64,000 nucleotides of DNA, taken from Acidobacteriota bacterium (GTDB taxonomy: Bacteria; Acidobacteriota; Terriglobia; Bryobacterales; Bryobacteraceae). Below, in pieces: positions 45,178 to 53,861 of the stretch. The notes beneath the pieces are model-generated. The model ran no database searches and was not told the origin of the DNA. It saw only the letters and a list, made by a program, of their open reading frames with translations. A program made the position numbers and the translations under genes. Where the stretch lies: the NCBI GenBank assembly GCA_021787555.1, contig JAJYLS010000001.1, positions 27,967 to 91,966 on the forward strand, read 5' to 3'. Positions within the stretch are counted from its first letter, which is position 1. Each line of letters begins with the position of its first letter.

Positions 45178-46379
45178 AGATCCTGTGGGTCAATTCCAAT
45201 TTCATGCATCCCACCAACAAAGGTGGGGCGATCCGGACGCTGGAGATGCTGCTGCATTTGCAGAAGCGGCACGAGATTCACTACGCGGCGATCGAGAACC
45301 CGGCACAGCCGGAAGGGCCGAAGCGGGCGCACGAGTATTCGTACCGGGCATACGCGGTGCGGCACAAGGTTCCGGAGCGCGGGTCGGCGGCGTTCGCGGC
45401 GCAGCTTGTGGGGGGGATGTTTTCGCCGCTGCCGCTGGCCATGAAACGATTCCGGTCAGTGGAGCTGGGCGTGTTTCTGGCGCGGCTGATCCGGGAGGAA
45501 GGCTTCGACCGGATGGTGGTGGACCACCTGACGCCGGCGACTTACTTTCCCGACCTGGAGCACGGCATTTTATTCCAGCACAACGTGGAGACGGTGATCT
45601 GGCGGCGGCACGCGGAGCACGCGGCGGATCCGCTGCGGCGGTTGTACTTCGGAGTGCAGGCGCGCCGGATGTTCGAGTTCGAGCGGCGGGTATGCCGGGC
45701 GGTAGCGCATATCGTGGCGGTATCGGCGGCGGACGCGGAGAACATGCGGAAGCTGTTCGGAGTGACGCATATTTCGGAGATTCCGACGGGGGTGAACATC
45801 GAGCATCATCTCCCGCCTCCGGGCGTCAAGTGCTTTGCCGATCTGGCGTTCGTGGGGTCGATGGACTGGCTGGCGAATATCGACGGGGTGAAGTGGTTCG
45901 TGGAAGTAGTGCTGCCGCTGGTACGGCGGCGCAGGCCGGAAGCGACGTTTGGGGTGATCGGACGGATGCCGCCGCCGGAGATCCGGGCGATGGCCGAACG
46001 CGATCCGAAGATTTTCGTGACGGGGACAGTGGAGGACGTGCGGCCGTACCTGTGGGGGTCGAAGATCTCGGTGGTGCCGCTGCGGATCGGCGGCGGGACG
46101 CGGCTGAAGATTTACGAATCTATGGCGGCCAAGGTGCCGGTGATCTCGACATCCGTAGGAGCCGAAGGGCTGGAGGTGCATCCGCCAGAGAACGCGCGGA
46201 TCGCGGACAGCGCGGAGGATTTCGCGGAGGCGTGCGTGGAGTTGTTGGAGGACGCGGGGGAGCGGACGCGGATGGCGGCGGCGGCGTGGGAGATGGTGAA
46301 CGCGCGGTTTTCCTGGGAGCGGGTGGCGGAGTGCTTCGAGAGGGTGCTGGAGCACACGCCACGCACCTTAGCCGTCTAG
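45174..46379 (+). CDS. GT4 glycosyltransferase, 'stp1-like', paralogue B
   Basis: ATGA overlap with asnB. MKILWVNSNFMHPTNKGGAIRTLEMLLHL...PLRIGGGTRLKIYESMAAKVPVISTSVGAEGL. Collinear with 18503..19684. Confidence 0.85.
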   Translation: MKILWVNSNFMHPTNKGGAIRTLEMLLHLQKRHEIHYAAIENPAQPEGPKRAHEYSYRAYAVRHKVPERGSAAFAAQLVGGMFSPLPLAMKRFRSVELGVFLARLIREEGFDRMVVDHLTPATYFPDLEHGILFQHNVETVIWRRHAEHAADPLRRLYFGVQARRMFEFERRVCRAVAHIVAVSAADAENMRKLFGVTHISEIPTGVNIEHHLPPPGVKCFADLAFVGSMDWLANIDGVKWFVEVVLPLVRRRRPEATFGVIGRMPPPEIRAMAERDPKIFVTGTVEDVRPYLWGSKISVVPLRIGGGTRLKIYESMAAKVPVISTSVGAEGLEVHPPENARIADSAEDFAEACVELLEDAGERTRMAAAAWEMVNARFSWERVAECFERVLEHTPRTLAV

Positions 46380-46457
46380 TTCTAGTACTACCTATAGAGG
46401 CAAGGATGGTGTTTTTAATAAGTTAACAAAGTGGCAGCGTGAGCGCTTGCCGGGAGT

Positions 46458-47267
46458 CTATCGCACCAGGCGTTGCCGGATCTCGAGGTACTGATTTCCG
46501 CAGATTTTTTTGGCCAGTTTCTTGAATTCCCACCAAGCGGTCTGTTTCCAGCGGGGGGAGCGACGGCCGGCGGCGATGGCACCGGAAACGGCGGCGGGCA
46601 TGCCGCGCCAGATGCCATACCGGCCGAGGATCCGGCAGCGGTTGAGGATGGCAATGCTGGTGGTGGGCTCAGAGGTAAAGAGGACCCGGATGCCAGCCAG
46701 TTCGGCGGCTTCGGCGACGCGGCGGGAATAGAAACCGCCGGGGACGGAAGCGGCCGGGATGGATTTGCCAAGGATATCGCCAAGGACGTGGACGCTTTCG
46801 TCCCATTCGCGGCGGAGTTGCTCCCAGGAACAGGCGGAGATGCGCGGGGGATGGGAGCAGGAATGGCTGCCGATGACGTGGCCGCGGCGGTCGAGCTCGC
46901 GGACCTGGGCGGCGCTGAGAAAACCGGGGGTGCCGATGCGGCCGGTGGTGACGAAAAAGTGGCCGCGCCAGCCGTGCTGCTCGAGCAGGGGAGCGATTTC
47001 GGCGATTGCGCTGGCGCCGCCGTCGTCGAAGGTGAGGTAGAGGGGCCACGGGGGAGCCAGGGGTTGGGGGCCGGATACCAGGGCCGGTGGTGCACCGGCG
47101 CGCGCGGCTTGGATGGCGGCGAGGTGGCTGGCGAAATCGTCGTGCTCGAGCTTGTAGATGTCGGCGCCGATGCCGGGAAAACCGCTGGAAGAGAAATCGC
47201 CCGGGGGGACGACGTCGTGGTACATGAGGGCGAGAGCGCGCATGAAAGCAATTGGCTGCCAGCTCAT
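46458..47267 (-). CDS. Polysaccharide deacetylase (NodB-homology) family protein
   Basis: LYLTFDDGGASAI...LLEQHGWRGHFFV...GHVIGSHSCSHP carries the NodB motifs TFDDG and H-S-x-x-H. Confidence 0.8.
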   Translation of the reverse strand: MSWQPIAFMRALALMYHDVVPPGDFSSSGFPGIGADIYKLEHDDFASHLAAIQAARAGAPPALVSGPQPLAPPWPLYLTFDDGGASAIAEIAPLLEQHGWRGHFFVTTGRIGTPGFLSAAQVRELDRRGHVIGSHSCSHPPRISACSWEQLRREWDESVHVLGDILGKSIPAASVPGGFYSRRVAEAAELAGIRVLFTSEPTTSIAILNRCRILGRYGIWRGMPAAVSGAIAAGRRSPRWKQTAWWEFKKLAKKICGNQYLEIRQRLVR

Positions 47268-47270
47268 ATT

Positions 47271-48380
47271 TTACAGGTGGACAGGGCCGTCGCCGTCGCC
47301 GCGGGTGAGATGGATTTCGGGGAGGGCGGCGTCCCAGGGGTCGAGGGAAGCGGCCAGTTTTTTGGAAGCGGCAAAAATGAAGTTGGACGGGCCGGCGCGA
47401 AAGCCGGCGCGACGAAGGGCGGCGCCCCAGGCCTGGTGCGACTGGTTGGAAACGATCAGGTCGACGCCGACGGATTCGAGGAAGGAAGCCGCAGCGGCGG
47501 CGACTGCGGGGGCATCGCCGGGCGCGGCGAAACAATCGGCGATGGCGCCAAGGCGCAGGTTGCCGAAGTAGAGGTGGTCCTGCATGGGGGTATCGAGGAG
47601 GACAGCCCAGCCGAGGGGTGCGGCCGCGCCGCCACGCACCATGATGTTGATAAATCGGGGGTTATCGGCGGGGTAGAGGATGCGGAGCGTGGCGGCGTCG
47701 CGCGAGCCAGCCATGGCGTAAAGCGGGTGACAGCGCTGCCAGAGGTCGTCGGCCCAGGGGCCGAAGCTGCGGACGACCTCAGGGGGCGCGGCGCCGGGGG
47801 CCGCGGGCCGCGAGGCGAGGAGGCGCAGACCGGCCGCGCCGAGGCCGGAATATGCGGCGGCATCGAGGGCCAGGCGGCGCAGCGGAGTGGTGCGGAGGGC
47901 GCGGATGTTGCGGAGGAAGCGAAAGGGGCGGAGAACCTTGAAATAGAACGGAACGGCGGAGAGCTTCCAGCCGGCTTTTACCAGCATGCGGGGGAGCGGG
48001 CGGTCGAAGCCGCCCATCCCGAGGGCATAAAGAACCGGCTGGCGGCGGAGGGCGTCGAGGAGCAACTGCGCGCCGAGGAGGGAGTGGCGCTTGTCGACGA
48101 GGCCTTCGGAAAGCGGCAGGTGATAGTAGCCGATGGAGCGGACGGCGCCACGGAAGGAGAAGTCCTGGTGCTTGAGGATGTAGCCGCCGTGGACTTGAGG
48201 GCCGGAAGCGGCGACGAACATCTCCTGGAAGATGCGGCGGCCGTTCTGGTGGGGTAGCCATTCGGGGATGTCGGCTTCGGGGAATTGGAAGGCGGTTTCG
48301 CCGCCGTCGCGGAGGCGGCGGTTGAAGGCGCGCACGGCGGGGACGTGCTCGGCGGAATAAGGCTGGATGGCGAGAGACAC
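47271..48380 (-). CDS. GNAT/FemAB-like acyltransferase-fold protein
   Basis: 369 aa. The N-terminus is IQPYSAEHVPAVRAFNRRLRDGG. It resembles 57647..58687 in length and architecture. The assignment is weak because no clean acetyl-CoA motif was read. Confidence 0.5.
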   Translation of the reverse strand: MSLAIQPYSAEHVPAVRAFNRRLRDGGETAFQFPEADIPEWLPHQNGRRIFQEMFVAASGPQVHGGYILKHQDFSFRGAVRSIGYYHLPLSEGLVDKRHSLLGAQLLLDALRRQPVLYALGMGGFDRPLPRMLVKAGWKLSAVPFYFKVLRPFRFLRNIRALRTTPLRRLALDAAAYSGLGAAGLRLLASRPAAPGAAPPEVVRSFGPWADDLWQRCHPLYAMAGSRDAATLRILYPADNPRFINIMVRGGAAAPLGWAVLLDTPMQDHLYFGNLRLGAIADCFAAPGDAPAVAAAAASFLESVGVDLIVSNQSHQAWGAALRRAGFRAGPSNFIFAASKKLAASLDPWDAALPEIHLTRGDGDGPVHL

Positions 48381-48392
48381 GAAAGTATCAGC

Positions 48393-49571
48393 TTAGGGCA
48401 TTCGCGATTTTCCGCGGCCGGGCTGGCGTGCGCCGCTTAACAACCAGAGCACGAAGGCGATGAGAAGCGCGAGGAGAGGGTCGGTGGATTCCGGGGTGCG
48501 GCCGGGAAGATAGCGTTGGGCGCCTTCGCCGATGGCGAGGGCGGCGGCGACGAGGGCGGCGGCGCGGGCGTAACGGAGACCGCCGAGGTGCAGCAGCCAG
48601 ACCATGGCGCCATAGTCGTAAGCCTTTTGCAGGAGGACGACGATGCCGGCCTGGCGATTGGATTCGAGGCTGGCGGCGAAAGGAATCCAGGAAAACGGCG
48701 CAGGGGTGGAAGCGAAGTGAAGGGGCGTGAACTCGCGGAGCAGGAGGGCGGAGGCGAGGGCGTAGAGGGCGGCGGGGCGGCGGCCGCGCGCGGGGAGGAC
48801 CCACCAGACCAGCAGCGCGAGAAGGGCGCCGAGGGCAGCTTCGAAAGGCAGGCGGCGGCCCACGACGAGCATGCGCAGGGGCAGGCACAACATGGCAATG
48901 GCGAGCCAGTGCCAGCGCAGGCGGCCGGCCGTGGAGGGCAGGCCGCCGTGGAGGATGGCATCGATGGCGACGGCTGCGGCAAGCCATTCGGCGGCGCTGG
49001 CCCAGACGTGAACGGCGGAGACGGAGGCCGGATGCAGGAGGGCCAGGAAGCCGCGCCAAAGGGTTGTGAGGGACGGGAAGGGGAAGAAAGGGTAAAGCTG
49101 GTGGCCGATCCAGCAAGCCAGCAGGAAGGCAGGAGCGGCGACCGGCTGGCCATGGCGGCGCGCCCAGGTACGCTCGATTTCCTCGCGGTAGGCCAGCGCG
49201 GCAAGAGCGCCGAGGAGGGCGCCGGTGGTGTTAGAGAGCACGTCGAGCAGGGAAGTTTCGCGGCCGGGGATGTAGAGCTGGAGGACCTCGACGGCGAAGG
49301 AGAGGGCGAAGCCCAGGATGGTGGCACCGGATACGGCGAAACCGCGTGTGCGGCGGCGCACCAGCATCAGAAACGCCGACGCGCCGAGCGGCATATAAAA
49401 CAGAACGTTGGCTGCCATATCGCGTATGAGGCCACGAGTCCAGACGGCGGGCCAGGAGTGGAACAAGAGGAAGTCGAGCGGATCGCCGGAGTAACGGTCA
49501 AACCTGAAATGCCAGGGGTAGAAGGAGCCGTAGAGGATGAGGGCGAGGACCAGCAGGAAAAGTCTAAACAA
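48393..49571 (-). CDS. VanZ-like family membrane protein with an extended C-terminal TM domain
   Basis: N-terminal VanZ pattern: LYGSFYPW...NVLFYMPLG...SFAVEVLQLYIPGRETSLLDVLSNTTGALLG. About 6 further TM helices follow. Confidence 0.65.
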   Translation of the reverse strand: MFRLFLLVLALILYGSFYPWHFRFDRYSGDPLDFLLFHSWPAVWTRGLIRDMAANVLFYMPLGASAFLMLVRRRTRGFAVSGATILGFALSFAVEVLQLYIPGRETSLLDVLSNTTGALLGALAALAYREEIERTWARRHGQPVAAPAFLLACWIGHQLYPFFPFPSLTTLWRGFLALLHPASVSAVHVWASAAEWLAAAVAIDAILHGGLPSTAGRLRWHWLAIAMLCLPLRMLVVGRRLPFEAALGALLALLVWWVLPARGRRPAALYALASALLLREFTPLHFASTPAPFSWIPFAASLESNRQAGIVVLLQKAYDYGAMVWLLHLGGLRYARAAALVAAALAIGEGAQRYLPGRTPESTDPLLALLIAFVLWLLSGARQPGRGKSRMP

Positions 49572-49620
49572 TTCCGTATCTTAGCAGCTTGAAAAGGGCG
49601 CGGTGCATAGAATAGAGAGA

Positions 49621-50052
49621 ATGCGCATGAAGCTTCATCATGTGGGAATCGTGGTCGAGAGCATCGAGCGGCAGGCGCGGCGGTATGCGGACTTCCTGGG
49701 GCTGGCGCCGGTTTCGGCGGTGGTGATGGATGCAACACAGAAGGTGAACGTGCAATTCCTGGCGGAGAAGGCGGGGGAGACAAGCGTGGAGCTGATCGAA
49801 CCGCTGCCGGGCGAATCGCCGGTGCGGCGGGCGCTCGAAAAAGGCGGGGGATTGAACCACCTCTGCTTCGAAGTGACGAACATCGAGGAAGCGGTGCGGC
49901 GGGCGGAAGGGAATGGCGCACTCTGCGTGCGCGCGCCGGTGCCGGCGGCGGCATTCGAGGGGCGGCGGATCGCGTTCGTATTTTTCCGGGGGATGGGGTT
50001 GATCGAATTCGTGGAGGCGCCACGCGGGGCCGGGGAGCGGGGCGATGACTGA
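49621..50052 (+). CDS. VOC (glyoxalase/methylmalonyl-CoA-epimerase-like) family protein
   Basis: MKLHHVGIVVESIE...VELIEPL...GGGLNHLCFEV. The start is ATG 49621 or 49627. The 3' end overlaps the FkbH-like gene by 8 nt. Confidence 0.8.
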   Translation: MRMKLHHVGIVVESIERQARRYADFLGLAPVSAVVMDATQKVNVQFLAEKAGETSVELIEPLPGESPVRRALEKGGGLNHLCFEVTNIEEAVRRAEGNGALCVRAPVPAAAFEGRRIAFVFFRGMGLIEFVEAPRGAGERGDD

Positions 50053-51766
50053 GTTAAGGGTTGCGCTGCTGGCCAGTTGCACGATCGAGGTGCTGCAAAA
50101 ACCGTTGGCGGCCGAATTGGAAAAGCGCGGGATTCAGGCGGAGTTTTGGGTTGGCGGATTCGGGCAATACCGGCAGGACATTCTGAACGCCGCGTCGGGG
50201 CTGTATGGGTTCGGACCGGCGGTGGTGGTGCTGTACCTGGACGGAGAGGACGTTTTCAAGGAGCTGATCGAAAATCCGTTGGAGGCGGATGCCGGCGCGC
50301 GGCGGGAATTGGCGCTGCGGCGGGCGGGCGAAGTGCGCGCCCTGGTGGAAACGATGGCGGAGCGGCTGCCGCAGGCGACGGTGATGCTGAACACGGCGGT
50401 AGTCCGGCCGCTGAACGCGCTGACGGGGCTGGAATACAACTCGGGGTACGGGATCGAGGATGCAGTGAGCGCGTACAACGAGGAACTGGGGCGGCTGGCA
50501 CGGAGCGGGCATTCGGCAGTGGTGGTGGACGCGGCGGCGCTGGCGGCATGGATCGGTTACGCGCGCTGGCAGGATACCAGGATGTGGTGCCTGGCGCGGT
50601 CGCGCTGGAGCCGGGCGGCGCTTCAGGCGCTGGCGGAGCGGTACACGGCGGCGATCTGCGGGCGATTGGGACGGATCCGCAAGTGCATCGCGCTGGACCT
50701 GGACAATACGCTGTGGGGCGGGATCATCGGCGAAGACGGGATGGAGGGCATCCGGCTGGGCGAGGACGGGACCGGGCGTGCGTTCGTGGAATTTCAGAGC
50801 GAGCTGCTGAATTTGTACCGCAAGGGCATTCTGCTGGCGGTGTGCAGCAAGAACAATCCGGAGGACGCGTTGCAGGCGATCCGGCGGCATCCGGCGATGC
50901 GGCTCCGGGAGGAACATTTCGCGGCGCTGCGGATCAATTGGGAGGACAAGGCGTCGAACCTGCGGGCGATGGCGGAGCAACTGAACATCGGGCTCGACAG
51001 CATGGTGTTTCTGGACGATAATCCGGCGGAGCGGACGTGGGTGCGGCAGGCGGCGCCGGAGGTGCTGGTGCCGGAGTGGCCGGCGGATCCGGGGGAATAC
51101 AAAGGCGCGCTGCTGGAGCTGGCCGCGGCGCACTTTCACAAGCTGGGGATCACGGCGGAAGACCGGAAGCGCGGCGAAATTTACCAGGCGCAGGCGGAGC
51201 GGTGGAAGCTGGAAGCGGCGGCGGGACCGATAGAAGATTTTTATCGCGGGCTGGAGATGCGGGTGAAGATCGGGCGGGCGGAGTCGTTCACCATTCCGCG
51301 GATCGCGCAGCTTACGCAGAAAACCAACCAGTTCAACGTGACGACGCGGCGGTACACGGAGGCGGACATCCGCGCCATGAGCCAGGATCCGGAATGCGCG
51401 ATTTTCTGGCTGGACCTGACGGACCGGTTCGGGCCGAGCGGCGTGGTGGGGGTGCTGATTCTGAAGCGCGAGGCGGGCGACGTGTGGCTCATCGACACCT
51501 TCCTGCTGAGCTGCCGGGTGATGGGGCGCACGGTGGAGAGCGCGTTTCTGGCGGTGGTGGTGCGCGAGCCGGGGGCGGCGCGGCTGATCGGCGAGTACCG
51601 GCCGACCGCGAAGAACGCGCCGGTGAAGGATTTGTATCCGAAGCTGGGATTCGAGTTCACGCGGCAAGCGGGGGAGAGCCGGTTTTGGGAGCTGGACCTG
51701 AGGCGGAAGGAACTTAGGGTCCCGGAGTGGTTCGAAGTGGAGATGGTGCGAGGCAGCGTGGCGTAA
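50045..51766 (+). CDS. HAD-superfamily IIIC / FkbH-like domain protein with C-terminal GNAT-like domain
   Basis: HAD motif I lies in CIALDLDNTLWGGIIGEDG. ...LLAVCSKNN... and ...VFLDDNPAER... are also present. The C-terminal region FLLSCRVMGRTVE matches my memory of FkbH-like proteins. Confidence 0.85.
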   Translation: MTELRVALLASCTIEVLQKPLAAELEKRGIQAEFWVGGFGQYRQDILNAASGLYGFGPAVVVLYLDGEDVFKELIENPLEADAGARRELALRRAGEVRALVETMAERLPQATVMLNTAVVRPLNALTGLEYNSGYGIEDAVSAYNEELGRLARSGHSAVVVDAAALAAWIGYARWQDTRMWCLARSRWSRAALQALAERYTAAICGRLGRIRKCIALDLDNTLWGGIIGEDGMEGIRLGEDGTGRAFVEFQSELLNLYRKGILLAVCSKNNPEDALQAIRRHPAMRLREEHFAALRINWEDKASNLRAMAEQLNIGLDSMVFLDDNPAERTWVRQAAPEVLVPEWPADPGEYKGALLELAAAHFHKLGITAEDRKRGEIYQAQAERWKLEAAAGPIEDFYRGLEMRVKIGRAESFTIPRIAQLTQKTNQFNVTTRRYTEADIRAMSQDPECAIFWLDLTDRFGPSGVVGVLILKREAGDVWLIDTFLLSCRVMGRTVESAFLAVVVREPGAARLIGEYRPTAKNAPVKDLYPKLGFEFTRQAGESRFWELDLRRKELRVPEWFEVEMVRGSVA

Positions 51767-51770
51767 GAAA

Positions 51771-52679
51771 TCACACGCGAAACGCGGCGGCGAGCTGGTG
51801 GAAGTAGCGCTCGGGCAAGGCGGGATCGGCGGCGATGCGGCGGAGGAGGAATGGGTCGGCGGGCCGGGAGTTGAGGCCCGGGATGGTGCTGACGGCGGTT
51901 TCGAAGCCGGAGGCGCGCACGGCGGAGAGCGCGTCTTCGCCGATATCGTGCCAGCTTCCGTTCGGATAACAAAAATGGACGGACGGACGGCCGAGCTCAT
52001 CTTCCAGGCGGCGCTTGGAGCCGGCAATTTCGCGCGTGATTTCGGAGACGGAAGAGATGGAGGACAGGATGGGATGGGTCATGGTGTGCGGGCCGAATTC
52101 CACGCCTTCGGCGGCCAGCCGGCGGACTTCGTCCCAGAATAAGGGGCGATATTCGGGCGGAGGCTCGGAGGGCAGAACGATGCCGAGGGAAGCGGAGAGC
52201 CGCGCGAGGGCGCTTAAGCGTTCGGCGTTGGGGAGACGCTTGAGGGACTCGACCATTTGGCGGCTTTCCTCATAGGGACGGTTGGCACGGCGATAGGCAT
52301 ATTGGACGCGATCGACCCAGAGCCAGAGCTTGCCATCGAGAAAATCCGTGACGACGAACACGGTGACAGGGATGCCGTACTCGCGAAAAACGGGATGGGC
52401 GACGGTGAGAAAATCGCGATAGCCGTCATCGACGGTGATGGCGACGGGGTTTTCGGGAAGGGGTTCGCCGATTTTGAGCCAGCGGCCCACACGCGAGATG
52501 GAAACGGGGTTGTAGTGGCGGCGGATGTGGGCGCACTGGCTGGCGAGGGCCGCGGGATCCGAAAAGTGATGGTACATGAGGATGCGGAGTCCGCGCCGGT
52601 TAAACCAGCGGACCGCATCAAGACCGCCTCCACGGTGAAATGCTTCGATGGCAAGGCGCTTAAAGGGGGTGTCGCGCAT
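51771..52679 (-). CDS. Polysaccharide deacetylase (NodB-homology) family protein
   Basis: VAITVDDGYRDF...EYGIPVTVFV...GPHTMTHP carries the NodB motifs. Confidence 0.8.
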   Translation of the reverse strand: MRDTPFKRLAIEAFHRGGGLDAVRWFNRRGLRILMYHHFSDPAALASQCAHIRRHYNPVSISRVGRWLKIGEPLPENPVAITVDDGYRDFLTVAHPVFREYGIPVTVFVVTDFLDGKLWLWVDRVQYAYRRANRPYEESRQMVESLKRLPNAERLSALARLSASLGIVLPSEPPPEYRPLFWDEVRRLAAEGVEFGPHTMTHPILSSISSVSEITREIAGSKRRLEDELGRPSVHFCYPNGSWHDIGEDALSAVRASGFETAVSTIPGLNSRPADPFLLRRIAADPALPERYFHQLAAAFRV

Positions 52680-52832
52680 CAGCTTTCAGCTTATCAGCGC
52701 GCGGCAGTCAACCGTGGGCCGCGGCGGCCCGGACTTGCGGTTCGGTAGCGCCTTTACCTTGTTGTACATACCACCTTCGGCCCGCTGAAAACTGCCGGCG
52801 GACGGTCAGCACCAGCTTCGCGGCTCTCAAAC

Positions 52833-53861
52833 TCAAAGAAGCTCTTTGTATAGTTCCAGCACCGCACGAAGATTCTCATCCGTGGCCTGCGGTATGGCGC
52901 TCCGGCGGTGGTTCAACGCTTCTTGAATTGCGGTGTCGAGTGCCTCCGCATCTTGCGTGGGAATCAGCCGGACACCCGGAGGGCGCATTCCGTTATCAGT
53001 TGCAATTACGGGTGTCCCGAGGTGGAGAGCCTCGCGGACCGAAACCGCGTCGCCGTCATAGAGCGTGGTCCGCAGCATGAGATCGCTTTCGGCGATAGCG
53101 CGCAGCGTGACATCGTGGGGCACATCGCCGGCGAGCAGGACGTGATCGTGCCAGGGGGCCGCGTCAATCTCTCCGCGGAGGGCTGCTTCCAGGCTGCCCG
53201 AGCCAACCATCAGGAGACCGGCATCAGGAAAAGCCTGGCGCACCCGGCCGATGGCCTTTATCTGCAAAGGCAGATCGTATTCGGGCTCGAGCAGGCCCAC
53301 CGTGATCACCAGCGGTTTATGCGCGCGGATGAAGGCCGAGATGAGCGAGGGATAGACCGCGCCGGGATCGGGCGCCGAGAGGGCGTGAGGCTGGATCAGG
53401 TGAATACGATCCTTGGACACGCCGAATCTACCGAACAGCGCGACCAGTTCCTCGTTAACGGCGATCAGTGCATCGAAGCGGCGAAAGACGAAGCCTCGCA
53501 GTGTGGCGGACCTGGCGCTGCGGCCCGCCGGCGAAGATGGGTAACCACCAGAGTGGAAAGTTAGGACCGTCTTGCGGCCGGGAATTGCATTGCAGACCAG
53601 ATAGAGCGCCAGCAGCCGCAGAGTTAGACCGCCGCCGAGGTGCAGATGCAGCACGTCGTAACGCAGCCGCAAGAGGAGTGCGACCAAGGCCACGGCGGAG
53701 CCCGGGTAGTAGACGCCGTCCGCCTGGGTTTGGCGATGCCGCGTGATGTTTATAACCGGGGCATCGTGTCCCTGGCTGCGCAGGTACTCGCGAATCGACA
53801 CCAGATTGGCCTGAACACCGCCCCACGGCGGCGGGTAGGGCCCGAGCTGTAAGACCGTCAT
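52833..53861 (-). CDS. GT4/GT1 (GT-B) glycosyltransferase
   Basis: MTVLQLGPYPPPWGGVQ...LMVGSGSLE...DGDAVSVREALHLGTPVIATDNG. ATGA overlap with the upstream gene. Confidence 0.8.
   Translation of the reverse strand: MTVLQLGPYPPPWGGVQANLVSIREYLRSQGHDAPVINITRHRQTQADGVYYPGSAVALVALLLRLRYDVLHLHLGGGLTLRLLALYLVCNAIPGRKTVLTFHSGGYPSSPAGRSARSATLRGFVFRRFDALIAVNEELVALFGRFGVSKDRIHLIQPHALSAPDPGAVYPSLISAFIRAHKPLVITVGLLEPEYDLPLQIKAIGRVRQAFPDAGLLMVGSGSLEAALRGEIDAAPWHDHVLLAGDVPHDVTLRAIAESDLMLRTTLYDGDAVSVREALHLGTPVIATDNGMRPPGVRLIPTQDAEALDTAIQEALNHRRSAIPQATDENLRAVLELYKELL

Noticed and set aside
46380-46457. AT-rich 78-bp gap between convergent genes examined for a bidirectional intrinsic terminator
   Set aside because: Only an imperfect short stem (GGCAGCG...CGCTTGCC) is present and there is no flanking T/A tract. 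This is not enough to call a terminator.
48393-49571. Considered as the missing exosortase (multi-span membrane protein in an exosortase-style locus)
   Set aside because: The N-terminal third reads as VanZ-like. I could not find the conserved Cys/Arg/His arrangement expected of exosortases. An HMM search should settle this.
50054-52027. 657-aa minus-strand ORF antisense to the FkbH-like gene; similar long shadow ORFs at 46473-48257 (+), 54452-56170 (+), 22309-23853 (+) and 9591-11165 (-)
   Set aside because: All are Arg/Pro/Gly/Ala-biased and motif-free. All lie opposite genes that read as genuine family members. They are consequences of about 70% GC.
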